Below are positions 43,301 through 52,422 of a stretch of 64,000 nt of DNA, one piece after another. This DNA comes from a virus: positions 4,396 through 68,395 of IMG/VR virus record IMGVR_UViG_3300023174_000156; one strand, written 5' to 3'. Each line of letters starts with the position of its first letter. The stretch's first letter is position 1. The notes under the pieces were generated by a model that saw only the letters and a program-made list of their open reading frames with translations, did not search any database and was not told where the DNA came from. A program made the translations under genes and the position numbers.

Positions 43301-46229
43301 CTTTTGATGGCGATGCAACTTTTGCTTGATTCATTACACCTTTTGTAATATCTTTTGTAATGGCTTTTGTTATTTTTTCTCCAACATCACCAAGATACGG
43401 AGACATTTTTTTTGTTAACTCTTCTGCACTTGCAGTAATAGATGTTGTAATATGAGACATTGTTGCAACTTCCCACTCATTTAACATTGGATTTAATGTT
43501 TGGAATGACCTAACAGTTTTTCCTTTGCTTTGAGATAGTCGTTCTGTTTGTTTAAACATTTCTGAATTTTTTTCCGCAGCAAATTTTTGTGCTGCAGTTC
43601 TTGTTCCTCTGTATGATCCTGCAAAGGTTGTTCTTCCAATTCCGCCTAAAGATCCAGATCCTACACCTACTGGACCCACCGTTCTAATTTGATTAATAGC
43701 ATTTTCAAGTGCAACATCAATATCTTTTCCAGCAACCTGTATTCCCTTTGCTGCTTCACGAAGTGCTGGTACAACTATTTCTTCAAGATCTGCATCTTTG
43801 ATAAATTCTATTCCAGATTGATTTAATGCATCTGTTGCTGTTTGTGCAAAAAGATCTGCTATCGTAGACCATTCTTGTTTAAATTTAGGACTATTAAGAC
43901 CAACCTTAATTTCTCTTGCAATAACAGCAACTAATGGAGCCATTGATGACCCACCTGCTTGACCTAAATATCTAGAAACATCTCCAGTTGCAACGCCTTT
44001 TCCACCTAATTGCCCCATAAGTGTATTAATAGATTCTGGCAAAAACATTGTTGCATTTTTAAATCCCTTACCAAGTTCGTATCCAGGAATATTATTTGCA
44101 ATCATTCCTTGAATTAAAGGAGCATACTTCTTTGCCATATCTGTTGGAATAACTGCTTCTCCTGGAGATAGCATTGCTGGAACAACATCTCCTGCACCCT
44201 TTGGTCCTGGTACTGAAACAATACCACTTGCTAATTTTTTACCGCCTCTTGGTGGCAGCATCATTCCAGGATTATTAAACATAAAGTTCTGACCTGCTCT
44301 TGCAGCACCTTGATATGCAATAATTAATTTATTAAGTGCTTCTGCTTCAGCAGTAAATTGTTGTGTTAGTCTTGCATGTGACTGGTCTAATGAGTGTGCG
44401 GCGGCGGCTGCTTCTAGTTGTTCAGTATTTAGATATTGTGTTTGTTGCCCTAAAATCTCTGATTGACCACTTAGCCTTAAATATCCATGCCTTAATATCA
44501 TTGCACCTTTAACTGCGTTAGCAAGTAAGTTAGCAAGTAGACCAAATGTCATTAAGAATATAGGTCCAACAGCCCCAATACCAACAGTTAAGATAGTTAT
44601 AACACGCTTAGTACTATCTGATAAGTTTCCAAATTTTTCTAATAATCCACCAACAAATTCTACAATTGGAGTTGCTGCTTCTAGAAATGCTTTTCCAACT
44701 GGGATAAGTGCAACCTTAAGATCTTCAACACTCTTTTTAAATTTATTCATTGCAGAGTCTGCAGTCATTCCTAATTCTTTTTCAGATAAAGCAGAAAGTT
44801 CTTCTACTGATGAATTGGCTAAATCAAGAACACGAGAAGCCTGATTTCCATCTTTTGCTACGTTAGCAAATAATGTTGACAAACGAGCAAACTGAAACTT
44901 ACCAAACATTTGCTCAATTGCTTGTGCCCTATTAAGTGGATCTAATTTATTTAAAGCATTTGCAAACTCAATAACTGTTGTTTTTAAATTGCCTTTATTT
45001 TTAGTAACAATTGCATTTGCATTAATACCAAAACTAGCAAGCATGTCTGATGCTTTTTTAGTTGGATTAATTAATGCTGCAAGACCAGATTTAAGCGCAT
45101 TTGCACCTTCTGATGCATTAATGCCACCCTCTTTCATGGCTGCAATAAAGAATGTTAAATCTTTTACATCTCCACCCAATTGTTGAATAACTGGTGCTAC
45201 TTTTGGAATAGCAGTAGTAATATCATCAAGAGATACAACTGTCTGGTTTTCTACTGCGTTTAAAAAGTTAATAGAATCTGCAAGTTTATCAGATGACATT
45301 CCAAAGGCATTTTGTAAAGAAATAGTTGTTTCAAGTGCTTTTTGACTATCAATTTGACCAAGAACAGAAAGACGTGTTGCTTCTGTAGTTTGACGTTGTA
45401 AGTCTAAACCTTGAAAACCCGCTGCTGCTGCTTCTGCAGCCAAACCAACTGTTTGAGAAACAGCAATACCATATTTAGTAAACTGTTTTCCAAGTTCTGT
45501 AATATTGTCTAAGGCAAGTTTTGTTTCTTCTGTTGGTGTAAATAAGTCTCCATAAACCTTTTTAAATTTAAGGGCTTGCGCTTCCATTTCCATGAATGTT
45601 TTTGTAGCGGCAGATCCAACAATAGATAAAGGTATTGTAAAGCCAACCATAAGTTGGCGACCAGCCCATTGTGTATTTTTACCAAAATTTAATAAATTAG
45701 TACTGCCTTGTTTCATTAATTGATTAAACAATGCTTGTTTTTGTGCTGCTATGGCTGTTCTTGTTCCATAGTCTTGCATATTAAGAGAGGTAGGTCTAAT
45801 CGCAATTGCTTCCATTGCTCCATTAGCATTACGACCCATTTTAATATATTGGGTTTGTAGTGTTTTTACACGTTCTTCGGCTACCTTGCCAATTGTGTCA
45901 AATTCTGTTCTAAAAAGTCTTCCAAATGTTTTTGTAGATGCACCAGCATAGCGGAAGTATTCCCGCATTGAAAACTTATTTTTTTCTAAAGAGTTAGTAA
46001 AAGACTCTGCGCTTGTTCTTACAGTTCGAAGTTCTGCAGAAAAGGCACCAATTGAATTAATACTACCAATTAGATTTTTCTGCAGAGACTTCTGAGCAAT
46101 TGCTGCTGATTCGCTAGACCTAGCGATAGAAGAGTGAAACTGAGATATCTGTCTCTGTAAAGCCTTTAGTTGTGCTAACGCTGCAGACGTATCTATATTT
46201 ACGCCAATATTAGCATTAACATCAGCCAT
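40371..46229 (-). CDS. Tail tape measure protein
   Basis: 1952 aa helical, Ala-rich; TP901-like core (INFLNAVENQT..GANALKSGL); hydrophobic segments. Confidence 0.9.
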   Translation of the reverse strand: MADVNANIGVNIDTSAALAQLKALQRQISQFHSSIARSSESAAIAQKSLQKNLIGSINSIGAFSAELRTVRTSAESFTNSLEKNKFSMREYFRYAGASTKTFGRLFRTEFDTIGKVAEERVKTLQTQYIKMGRNANGAMEAIAIRPTSLNMQDYGTRTAIAAQKQALFNQLMKQGSTNLLNFGKNTQWAGRQLMVGFTIPLSIVGSAATKTFMEMEAQALKFKKVYGDLFTPTEETKLALDNITELGKQFTKYGIAVSQTVGLAAEAAAAGFQGLDLQRQTTEATRLSVLGQIDSQKALETTISLQNAFGMSSDKLADSINFLNAVENQTVVSLDDITTAIPKVAPVIQQLGGDVKDLTFFIAAMKEGGINASEGANALKSGLAALINPTKKASDMLASFGINANAIVTKNKGNLKTTVIEFANALNKLDPLNRAQAIEQMFGKFQFARLSTLFANVAKDGNQASRVLDLANSSVEELSALSEKELGMTADSAMNKFKKSVEDLKVALIPVGKAFLEAATPIVEFVGGLLEKFGNLSDSTKRVITILTVGIGAVGPIFLMTFGLLANLLANAVKGAMILRHGYLRLSGQSEILGQQTQYLNTEQLEAAAAAHSLDQSHARLTQQFTAEAEALNKLIIAYQGAARAGQNFMFNNPGMMLPPRGGKKLASGIVSVPGPKGAGDVVPAMLSPGEAVIPTDMAKKYAPLIQGMIANNIPGYELGKGFKNATMFLPESINTLMGQLGGKGVATGDVSRYLGQAGGSSMAPLVAVIAREIKVGLNSPKFKQEWSTIADLFAQTATDALNQSGIEFIKDADLEEIVVPALREAAKGIQVAGKDIDVALENAINQIRTVGPVGVGSGSLGGIGRTTFAGSYRGTRTAAQKFAAEKNSEMFKQTERLSQSKGKTVRSFQTLNPMLNEWEVATMSHITTSITASAEELTKKMSPYLGDVGEKITKAITKDITKGVMNQAKVASPSKETAKVGADIARGFVIGAQEYVDDAQRVGQKLGSNMVQTSSGLFLPGTTSAQPKKPSGPQISLSETVSKARVNRENLINLQQQRQSQLLTASAQKLGNLNSKIMGSTFALTSLAGIASMAGGNLGKLSEVIFKISGVAFAFSSILQILPKSLLSFIGKFKFAFGGVGLALTAGIGIIKLVNAARERERKQLEAFGDAIKNTKEQIQSLGDYFGVIPTKTGLETTKPQLTVDKNTREALDKFKASDTFKEFASTIEAVSKLSNNDAITALKVKGQELLGKGFTKDQVSLILRAIQEEAGKTSLKVDFKNIDVNVLNTDLQNEITRKLAALPKFISENLEKKMVLNDSGRWVSSIVPGKKIEAELKNSGTLLKTFFNGLSGMFKNGIITGEEFNNSFAKTMDTLITQIPNATQQTLLLNAALNQMDSELAKNAIKINDVKDKILLLQAAAVGAAVSMAALGALRIAADDPKDVDAQIRAAAVRSDVAKAIANATKLQESLNKGLNKTYQDLNKTEDKKTKTQLDVLKQAQDYINLQEQLIDMQNAPKIKAYNDEIERQEELLKNVNKQLDLITETSVTPIETKIKSNSYLIDQIAIKEDQINEQYNLQIEALGKVRDINEEIAASEKERLTLADALTRGDISAAAVIAQEARARQSAFINESMTNSLSTSRDSRIALLGRNKLEKENKKLQLDIAKIQRDQLDPLNLQKDAIQKNINTQNEMKSALEKTIEKRKEEITYLGLTKSQINESIKALDLAQNENIDIKSDSFLRNVLKGALGDADALRRALDEVAAAAAKAFSTPLAKKITSITTSSSQVVPAAQVDAIASSITKKVESMSPEIIASKFISAGQAEQYFADQAITSQGLSPRAAGMLKGMFGMASGGMVPKYYVSGGYSKGTDTIPAMLTPGEFVVRKNAVDSFGVNNLNKVNDGSYGSSSVYNYSLNVNVKSESNPDDIARTVMTQIRQIDNQRIKTQRGA

Positions 46230-46254
46230 GTATCACACCTTCTCTAATATATAA

Positions 46255-46578
46255 TTATTCCTGTGTGTTAAGAATGTCGGTAACAGATGACAAGTTAATG
46301 CCAGATGCCGCTTCAACAATTTTATACACAGTTGGAAGATCAAGTAAATCCTCTAGTTTTTGAATGTCTCCAGATAACTCTGGTTTATATTGCTGCATAG
46401 CAATTTGTACACATTCAACAAGCAGAGTCATTGATTTCTCATTGTCTTCTGCAACCTTAGCCACCCCTTCAAACTTCTTCATAAATGGACGAAGAAGAGA
46501 GATTTTTAACGGGCGAACTGTTATTTTTGTTCCATCGATGAGGGTTACTTGTTCAGCCTCATGCGTAGTTGTCGCCAT
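46255..46578 (-). CDS. Tail assembly chaperone (G-like)
   Basis: Between tail tube and tape measure; AGGAGG SD; paralogous to the N-half of 46619-47314. Confidence 0.7.
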   Translation of the reverse strand: MATTTHEAEQVTLIDGTKITVRPLKISLLRPFMKKFEGVAKVAEDNEKSMTLLVECVQIAMQQYKPELSGDIQKLEDLLDLPTVYKIVEAASGINLSSVTDILNTQE

Positions 46579-46618
46579 ATTTCCTCCTATAGGTTATGTC
46601 AATTATAGCATAAGGAGG

Positions 46619-47314
46619 CTATTTTGTTAGGTCTTCGTAATCCAAACCCATACCAATACCAAACCCTGCTTTCTGTGCATTAATACCTTGTAAAGCCAAA
46701 ACATCATTACTGTCATTTGTTTTACCCTTACTAAATACTCTAGCCTTCATATCTTCCCACTCTTTTTGCCCTTTGTCTTTATTTGATTCTTTATCTAAGT
46801 CTACCCCCTGAATTGCAGCCATAAATTTTTTTTCTGTATAGTCTAATTCTCTGCTTACCTCTAAGGTTGCCATAAGTTCTGGCATAGATAAAGATATTTC
46901 TAATTCTTGATAGTCTTTCCATATACCGAGCAAAAAAACCTCAGATTCTAGTTTTGCAAGATCTAAGGTCTCCCAGGTTTGACCGCTGTCTAATGCTTGA
47001 TCCTTTACTGTTTCTTCTAATTTTTTATTAATCTTAATCCCAGCAGCAGTATCTAATACTTTATATATTGTAGGCATATCTATATTATCTTCTACATCCT
47101 CAACGCTTTTAGATATTGATGGATAATACTGTTTCATGCATACCCGCACACACTCAACTAATACCGCCATGGCTTCATCATCATTTTTTGTTTTTTTGAT
47201 TGTTTCAAAGGTTTGCATAAATTCACGTAAATATTTAATCTTTAATGGTATTATTTCTAATTCTGTACCATCAAATAAATACACCGTTTGAGACTTATAT
47301 ATTGTAGTTGCCAT
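46619..47314 (-). CDS. Tail assembly chaperone (GT-like fusion)
   Basis: N-terminal G-like domain plus C-terminal extension (W.DY.ELE.SLSMPEL..AAIQG). Confidence 0.7.
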   Translation of the reverse strand: MATTIYKSQTVYLFDGTELEIIPLKIKYLREFMQTFETIKKTKNDDEAMAVLVECVRVCMKQYYPSISKSVEDVEDNIDMPTIYKVLDTAAGIKINKKLEETVKDQALDSGQTWETLDLAKLESEVFLLGIWKDYQELEISLSMPELMATLEVSRELDYTEKKFMAAIQGVDLDKESNKDKGQKEWEDMKARVFSKGKTNDSNDVLALQGINAQKAGFGIGMGLDYEDLTK

Positions 47315-47335
47315 ATAAATTCAATTTTACCATAA

Positions 47336-47367
47336 AACAACAAAGCCCACATCCGAAGACATGGGCT
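47336..47367 (-). terminator. Intrinsic terminator after the major tail gene
   Basis: AGCCCATGTC-TTCG-GATGTGGGCT followed by TTGTTGTTTT. Confidence 0.75.
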
Positions 47368-47386
47368 ATGTAGAATAGTTAGACTA

Positions 47387-48025
47387 TTAAGACAATAGGT
47401 CTCCGAAGGTACGATCAACGATCTTACCGTATGAGCCTGAAGTGTCTTCTGGTAGCAAACGGAATGAAACTTCAAACATTGAAGCCTCGTCACGCTTTGC
47501 TGAAACTGTTACGTTTTCAATTGACAAAGCACGGTATGCTGTGTAGACACGCTCCACGAATGGAGAATCTACGCAATCACCTGTACCAGGTCCTACTGCA
47601 ACAATTCCACGCTCTACTGGACATTCACCGATATCTCCTGCAGATAGGTTTAAAGTCCTACCTGTGTGAGTTGCGACGTTTCCAGTTAGTTCGCTATCAT
47701 TAAATGCTAGAGCCAAAAGAAGATTCTCAAGGGTAGCCTCAGCAAAAGCAGTTGCAAGATTTACCTGCATGCCTTGCTTGTAAAGTTTAGCAACGTCAAG
47801 AATTTGGTCAACCTGAACTTCACCAAAGTCTGGTTGGAACTGTAATTCAAGACCGTTCATGGTATAACCTACGTTTGTGTATGCTGCATCATTTGAGAGA
47901 GTTTCTTTGAATGATACCTCAGTACTAAAAGTCTCCAGAGTACCTGGAGTTAGGGTTGTGTCTGCAACGAAAAGTGCTGCAGCACCAACAATAATGTTGG
48001 TCGATGTTCCACGACTATATGCCAT
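47387..48025 (-). CDS. Major tail (tube) protein
   Basis: NIIVGAAALF, VGYTMNGLEL, VDQILD, FAEATLENL; higher-GC codon usage typical of highly expressed genes. Confidence 0.8.
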   Translation of the reverse strand: MAYSRGTSTNIIVGAAALFVADTTLTPGTLETFSTEVSFKETLSNDAAYTNVGYTMNGLELQFQPDFGEVQVDQILDVAKLYKQGMQVNLATAFAEATLENLLLALAFNDSELTGNVATHTGRTLNLSAGDIGECPVERGIVAVGPGTGDCVDSPFVERVYTAYRALSIENVTVSAKRDEASMFEVSFRLLPEDTSGSYGKIVDRTFGDLLS

Positions 48026-48100
48026 TTATTCACCTCTTTCCATAGAAATAGATATTAAGTTGTTTGGCGTTTTGTTTCCTCAGATTAATTATAACACCAT

Positions 48101-48679
48101 TTATGTATACCGCTGGGCAAGGCTACCAACGGCTTGGGTGTGATAGTCGTACTCTATTATCAACTTATTTAGACCCAGGGTTCTAGCAGAGGCTAACTCT
48201 AGAATATCCCTACTTTCATCTGCTTGATAAACCTTAACATTATGGAAAAATACGTTTTTTGGTATGGGGTCACCATTCTCATCAAGAACATCATTTTGAG
48301 ATATCCAAAAATTTAGATCTTGAGCAGCAGAATCTTCTCTGTCAAGACATTCAATAATTACTCTAGTTGTATCAAGTAGTTTAGTAAGATTTGGACTATA
48401 GATAAAATATATTAATTGCTCTCTTTTGTGTCTATAAAATGTTGTTGGTCTAAATCTAATAAGCCTATCAAATATAATAACTGTAGTATCAGGGTTATTT
48501 CTAATAAACGGAATATCGTTATAAATGCCTTCTACGCTATCTGGTACTTGTGCTGGAAAAAATGGCTGAAATGGCTCTGGTCCATTTGGCATTAATCCAA
48601 ACTCTTTAAGTTCACTATTAACAAAAGCATTTACAAAAGTTGGTGGAAAACCAGTTTCATTTAATATATTAGATGCCAT
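48101..48679 (-). CDS. Tail terminator/completion protein (putative)
   Basis: Synteny; leaderless TAGAAT-6 nt-ATG. Confidence 0.5.
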   Translation of the reverse strand: MASNILNETGFPPTFVNAFVNSELKEFGLMPNGPEPFQPFFPAQVPDSVEGIYNDIPFIRNNPDTTVIIFDRLIRFRPTTFYRHKREQLIYFIYSPNLTKLLDTTRVIIECLDREDSAAQDLNFWISQNDVLDENGDPIPKNVFFHNVKVYQADESRDILELASARTLGLNKLIIEYDYHTQAVGSLAQRYT

Positions 48680-48683
48680 AATA

Positions 48684-49361
48684 CTATTCTACACTAACCT
48701 TTGCATTTATAATCCATTTAAACCCAGTATCAATACCCTTTGATCTGCCAAGCCTTGAACCACTTTTTATATTTTTCTTAAATACTGTTGGTTTTTTAAT
48801 ATAATCATAAATTCCGCTAGCACGTAAAAAAGATTGTTTAAAATATCTAGAAATAAATTCATCCATAGTCTTTTCAAAAGAACCTCTAGCCTGACTTCCA
48901 CCAGGGTTTGATATTACCACGGGCTTTTTAGTAAATACGGTCTGTCCGCCTTCATTAAAAACAAGCACTGGAGATCTTGTTGGTTTAATTGTAACAGGAA
49001 TACCCTCTTCCATAATCTTTGCTTTATTATAAAATGGAACGTTTGAATCTTTTTTTACTGTTCTTGATTGTTTAAAACTAGAGTTAATACTCAACCCTAA
49101 ATTACTAACAGTGTAATTAATGTCAAATAATCTTGCAGATGGGCTTCCAGTTTGATACCACTCATAAACATGTTGTAGTGCTGCAGGATTACCCCTTGCA
49201 GAAACATCTACATATCTAGCCATAGACTCTATTGTTGCTGCACCTAAATTTTTTAAAAAAATACTTTTGCCTTTTTGGGCACCATCTAAAAAACCAATTG
49301 CATAGTCAATAATGTTGTTCATCTCTTTATCAAAACTTTTAGTGTTTGTTCTAACTATCAT
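48684..49361 (-). CDS. Neck/tail completion protein (putative)
   Basis: Synteny; HVYEW, KAKIMEEG. Confidence 0.5.
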   Translation of the reverse strand: MIVRTNTKSFDKEMNNIIDYAIGFLDGAQKGKSIFLKNLGAATIESMARYVDVSARGNPAALQHVYEWYQTGSPSARLFDINYTVSNLGLSINSSFKQSRTVKKDSNVPFYNKAKIMEEGIPVTIKPTRSPVLVFNEGGQTVFTKKPVVISNPGGSQARGSFEKTMDEFISRYFKQSFLRASGIYDYIKKPTVFKKNIKSGSRLGRSKGIDTGFKWIINAKVSVE

Positions 49362-49807
49362 TAGTCGCCTATGGTCTGATTTTCTGTTCTACGTAATAAT
49401 ATTTTAAAGTATTCTACAGAACCAAACGGACCTGTAAATGGATCTACGGTTGCTACTTCATAGATTGTTCCACGACCAGATCTTGGTCCCGCTGTTTCTC
49501 TATAAATAACTTCATCACCTGAGTTACGAATATTGGTAACTAAAATGTTATTAATGGCATTATCTGTATTGTTTGAAGATGTTCTTGGATCTAGTCTAGT
49601 TCTTGCTACTAATTTATTTTCATGTTGCAAAAATGCTTCTGGTTTAATTTGTTCAGTTCCCGCTCCGCCAACAGATGTTGCATTTAATATAATTGTTCTA
49701 TCAAAAAACCATTGTCTACTTGCTTGTCCATATTGGGTTTGAGTTATAACTGGATAGTATAAGTCTGCCTTCATTGGATATAGAAAGTCTGTTGTACAGT
49801 CTTCCAT
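49361..49807 (-). CDS. Head closure (stopper) protein (putative)
   Basis: Synteny and size. Confidence 0.5.
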   Translation of the reverse strand: MEDCTTDFLYPMKADLYYPVITQTQYGQASRQWFFDRTIILNATSVGGAGTEQIKPEAFLQHENKLVARTRLDPRTSSNNTDNAINNILVTNIRNSGDEVIYRETAGPRSGRGTIYEVATVDPFTGPFGSVEYFKILLRRTENQTIGD

Positions 49808-50793
49808 TATAATACTCCTGGACGGATAATATTCTCTTTATATTTTTCTAAAATTTTATCTACTAGTATATTTCCAGTTCCATCAATTAAACGTTTATCG
49901 TATTCAATTTTAAACTGATCTGTACTATAATTTTTAACATATCTCTTGTAGTAATCTAATCTTCCACATTTGATGTCATCAATGAGCATTAGTGTTGCAT
50001 CTTGAATATCATATGGGACAACCTTGTATCCTGTTTCTGCTAAAACAATATAATCTGCACCTTCTGAAAATGCAACTCCTGGAACAATAGTTTGAGTGTT
50101 TCCACTATCTTCTGTATCGAATAAACTCATGGAATCAGACACGCCTACAGGTATACGAGAATATCTTCTTTCTGCACGATTTATAGAGTCAACACTTTCA
50201 AGTGGATCTTTAGTAATTGCTGTTTTATCTTTAGTAATTAAAAATGTATAATCTGTTAATGCTGGTCCATCTTCATTGTCTATATCATATACAAGTTCTG
50301 CATTTTCATATACTTTTAAAAGTTTATGTGTTTTTTTCCAAAGCGGTAGATAGTCATTTCCTTGACCAACTACTTCTAAATAAGTTCTATCATAATAAAA
50401 TCCACCAGTAATGCTATCAATTATTATTCTTGCTAAATTTTCATAACTTTTATATAGTGCTATATCGCTTGCAATTCCTGATGTAGCAAGAGCGATTGGA
50501 TCTACGTATGGTCTTAAAATTTCTAAATTATCTTCTACAACAATATCACCACGAACAAGGTTTGCCCCAGATGATCCGCCATCTTCGTATATTGTTAGTG
50601 CATATGACTTATCGTATTTAATAAAATTACCATCTAAAGAATAGGTAATCTGTTTACTAGCATTAGACTCTACAGCCTCTTCAATTTCACTCTGCTCTGC
50701 AACGTTCTCAATAACAATTATGTAGTCGGCATTAGCATCTGGAACTGTGTAGGTTACAGAAAGAGGATATGGGGGAAGACGTAATATCTGCAT
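49807..50793 (-). CDS. Head-to-tail adaptor
   Basis: ARIIIDSITG..F, GYKVVPYDIQDATLMLI, TGNILVDKIL..Y. Confidence 0.65.
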   Translation of the reverse strand: MQILRLPPYPLSVTYTVPDANADYIIVIENVAEQSEIEEAVESNASKQITYSLDGNFIKYDKSYALTIYEDGGSSGANLVRGDIVVEDNLEILRPYVDPIALATSGIASDIALYKSYENLARIIIDSITGGFYYDRTYLEVVGQGNDYLPLWKKTHKLLKVYENAELVYDIDNEDGPALTDYTFLITKDKTAITKDPLESVDSINRAERRYSRIPVGVSDSMSLFDTEDSGNTQTIVPGVAFSEGADYIVLAETGYKVVPYDIQDATLMLIDDIKCGRLDYYKRYVKNYSTDQFKIEYDKRLIDGTGNILVDKILEKYKENIIRPGVL

Positions 50794-50795
50794 TT

Positions 50796-51149
50796 TTATT
50801 TACCGTAGTATGAGGCTACTTCTTCTGGCGGTGCAATACGTACCAATTTGTGTGTTAGCCACTTTTCCGATGCCTCCTTTGAGACTATGTTATATCCTAC
50901 CTTTAAAGCCCCTAAGTTATCCATATGTAGGTTTTTTTGTGAATATAGGGCTACCTTATTTACTAATGTTTTTGCTTTATCTAATTCCTCTACCCGCTCT
51001 TCTGTGTTTACTGGAGGAATCCAACTAGCAAGAATCTCTAATATTTCAAGTTTAGTATTTGCATCAAATAATTCAATATTATTTTTCTTTGCATATGCTT
51101 TTAATGCCATTACAGTTTTAGTTGATAACTCTTCAATTGTTAAGTTCAT
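50796..51149 (-). CDS. Rho-N/HeH-like domain protein
   Basis: LSTKTVMALKAYAKKNNI....TKLEIL. Confidence 0.55.
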   Translation of the reverse strand: MNLTIEELSTKTVMALKAYAKKNNIELFDANTKLEILEILASWIPPVNTEERVEELDKAKTLVNKVALYSQKNLHMDNLGALKVGYNIVSKEASEKWLTHKLVRIAPPEEVASYYGK

Positions 51150-51185
51150 AATTCTCCTATGCTTATTTGTAATTATACCAGAATA

Positions 51186-51221
51186 AGAATAAGGCGGGTA
51201 GTTTTTTACGCTACCCGCCCT
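51186..51221 (-). terminator. Intrinsic terminator after the major capsid gene
   Basis: GGCGGGTAG...CTACCCGCC stem followed by TTATTCTT. Confidence 0.75.
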
Positions 51222-51241
51222 AATATTTGATCTTTTAGATC

Positions 51242-52393
51242 TTAGGAATCAGCACTATCTGAGTCAACATAAGCGACTGCATCTAGTTCTTCCCATTGGA
51301 TACCAAAGCGTACAAATACGGTGTATTCGATGGTGTCTTTCTTTGGCTTGTATTCACGGTTTACAGTGATGTCTCTCTGGAAGCCCCATACACGGTTCTG
51401 AGGGAATGTCAAATCGACATAACCTGCAGGGTAGTAAGGAACCTCAAGAACGTCTACACCAAGTACACGAGTGGTGCGTGAGTTGCCAAGGGTCTGTGCT
51501 CCGCCATCAAGGAATTCTTGACGGTTGGCTTGAGTGCTACCAATACGATCAGCGAATGCTGAAGAGATAGCGTCTGCAAGAGTACCATTGTTACGAACAA
51601 TACCAGCAAAAGCATCAGTACCTGCGTAGAACTTAAGGTTTGCCTTAAGTGCACGATACTTGCGAGGCATTGCTAATAGCAAGCCTTGCATTACTGATGT
51701 TGTGTAGTTATTGTCTGAAACTGTTGCAGCATATTCGTGAGCAGCATTTCCTACTGTTCCACGAGTTTGCTTTACGAAACCAGCCATGATTGAAAGGAAG
51801 GCATCTGCGCCTGTTCCTAAACCATTGATAGCAAGATCTTCAATATCATTTGCGAAAGCATTGGTCATCAAGCGAACTAGATGATCTTCAAGTGCTCCAC
51901 CTTCAATATTGTCTTCAAGTGCTTCTGTTGATACTTCCCAATCAAGACGAATCTTTTTGGTAGTTAATTCAACCTTTGTAAAAGTTGCGCCGATGTTTGT
52001 ATAATCTGGTGCACCTTGTGCTGCTGCACGGATTACACGCTCTCCAACGTTGACCTTTTCGATCTCCATTGTGTTAGCACGCATTGTAACTCTACGACCA
52101 TCTTTAGCGAGAACTGTTGCATCCCACACATAGTCGATGAATCTACGAGCCTGCTCTGGTGCTAGAATACCACCTGCTGCGCCTGTTGGGTTTACTGCGT
52201 TTGCTCCAGATGTTGATCCGAATGCTGCAGTTGCTGTGTTACCAAGTTGTGATCCTACAGACGCTGCTGCAGAATCTAAACCAGTAGCACCACCAACGCC
52301 ACCAGAAACGAATCCGCCTTGAGAGTTAATCTCATTGCCTGCTCCGCCTGATCCTGGATAGTTTTTTTCTAGGTCTTTATTTTGTTCCGACAT
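51242..52393 (-). CDS. Major capsid protein (HK97 fold)
   Basis: GGILAPEQARRFID, EALEDNIEG, FANDIEDLAING, MPRKY; AGGAGGTG SD. Confidence 0.9.
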   Translation of the reverse strand: MSEQNKDLEKNYPGSGGAGNEINSQGGFVSGGVGGATGLDSAAASVGSQLGNTATAAFGSTSGANAVNPTGAAGGILAPEQARRFIDYVWDATVLAKDGRRVTMRANTMEIEKVNVGERVIRAAAQGAPDYTNIGATFTKVELTTKKIRLDWEVSTEALEDNIEGGALEDHLVRLMTNAFANDIEDLAINGLGTGADAFLSIMAGFVKQTRGTVGNAAHEYAATVSDNNYTTSVMQGLLLAMPRKYRALKANLKFYAGTDAFAGIVRNNGTLADAISSAFADRIGSTQANRQEFLDGGAQTLGNSRTTRVLGVDVLEVPYYPAGYVDLTFPQNRVWGFQRDITVNREYKPKKDTIEYTVFVRFGIQWEELDAVAYVDSDSADS

Positions 52394-52422
52394 TATTTTT
52401 CACCTCCTAGTGATTTTATTGC

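Noticed and set aside
46255-47314. Programmed frameshift between chaperone ORFs
   Set aside because: The long ORF is already a continuous G+T frame; the short ORF has its own promoter, SD and start
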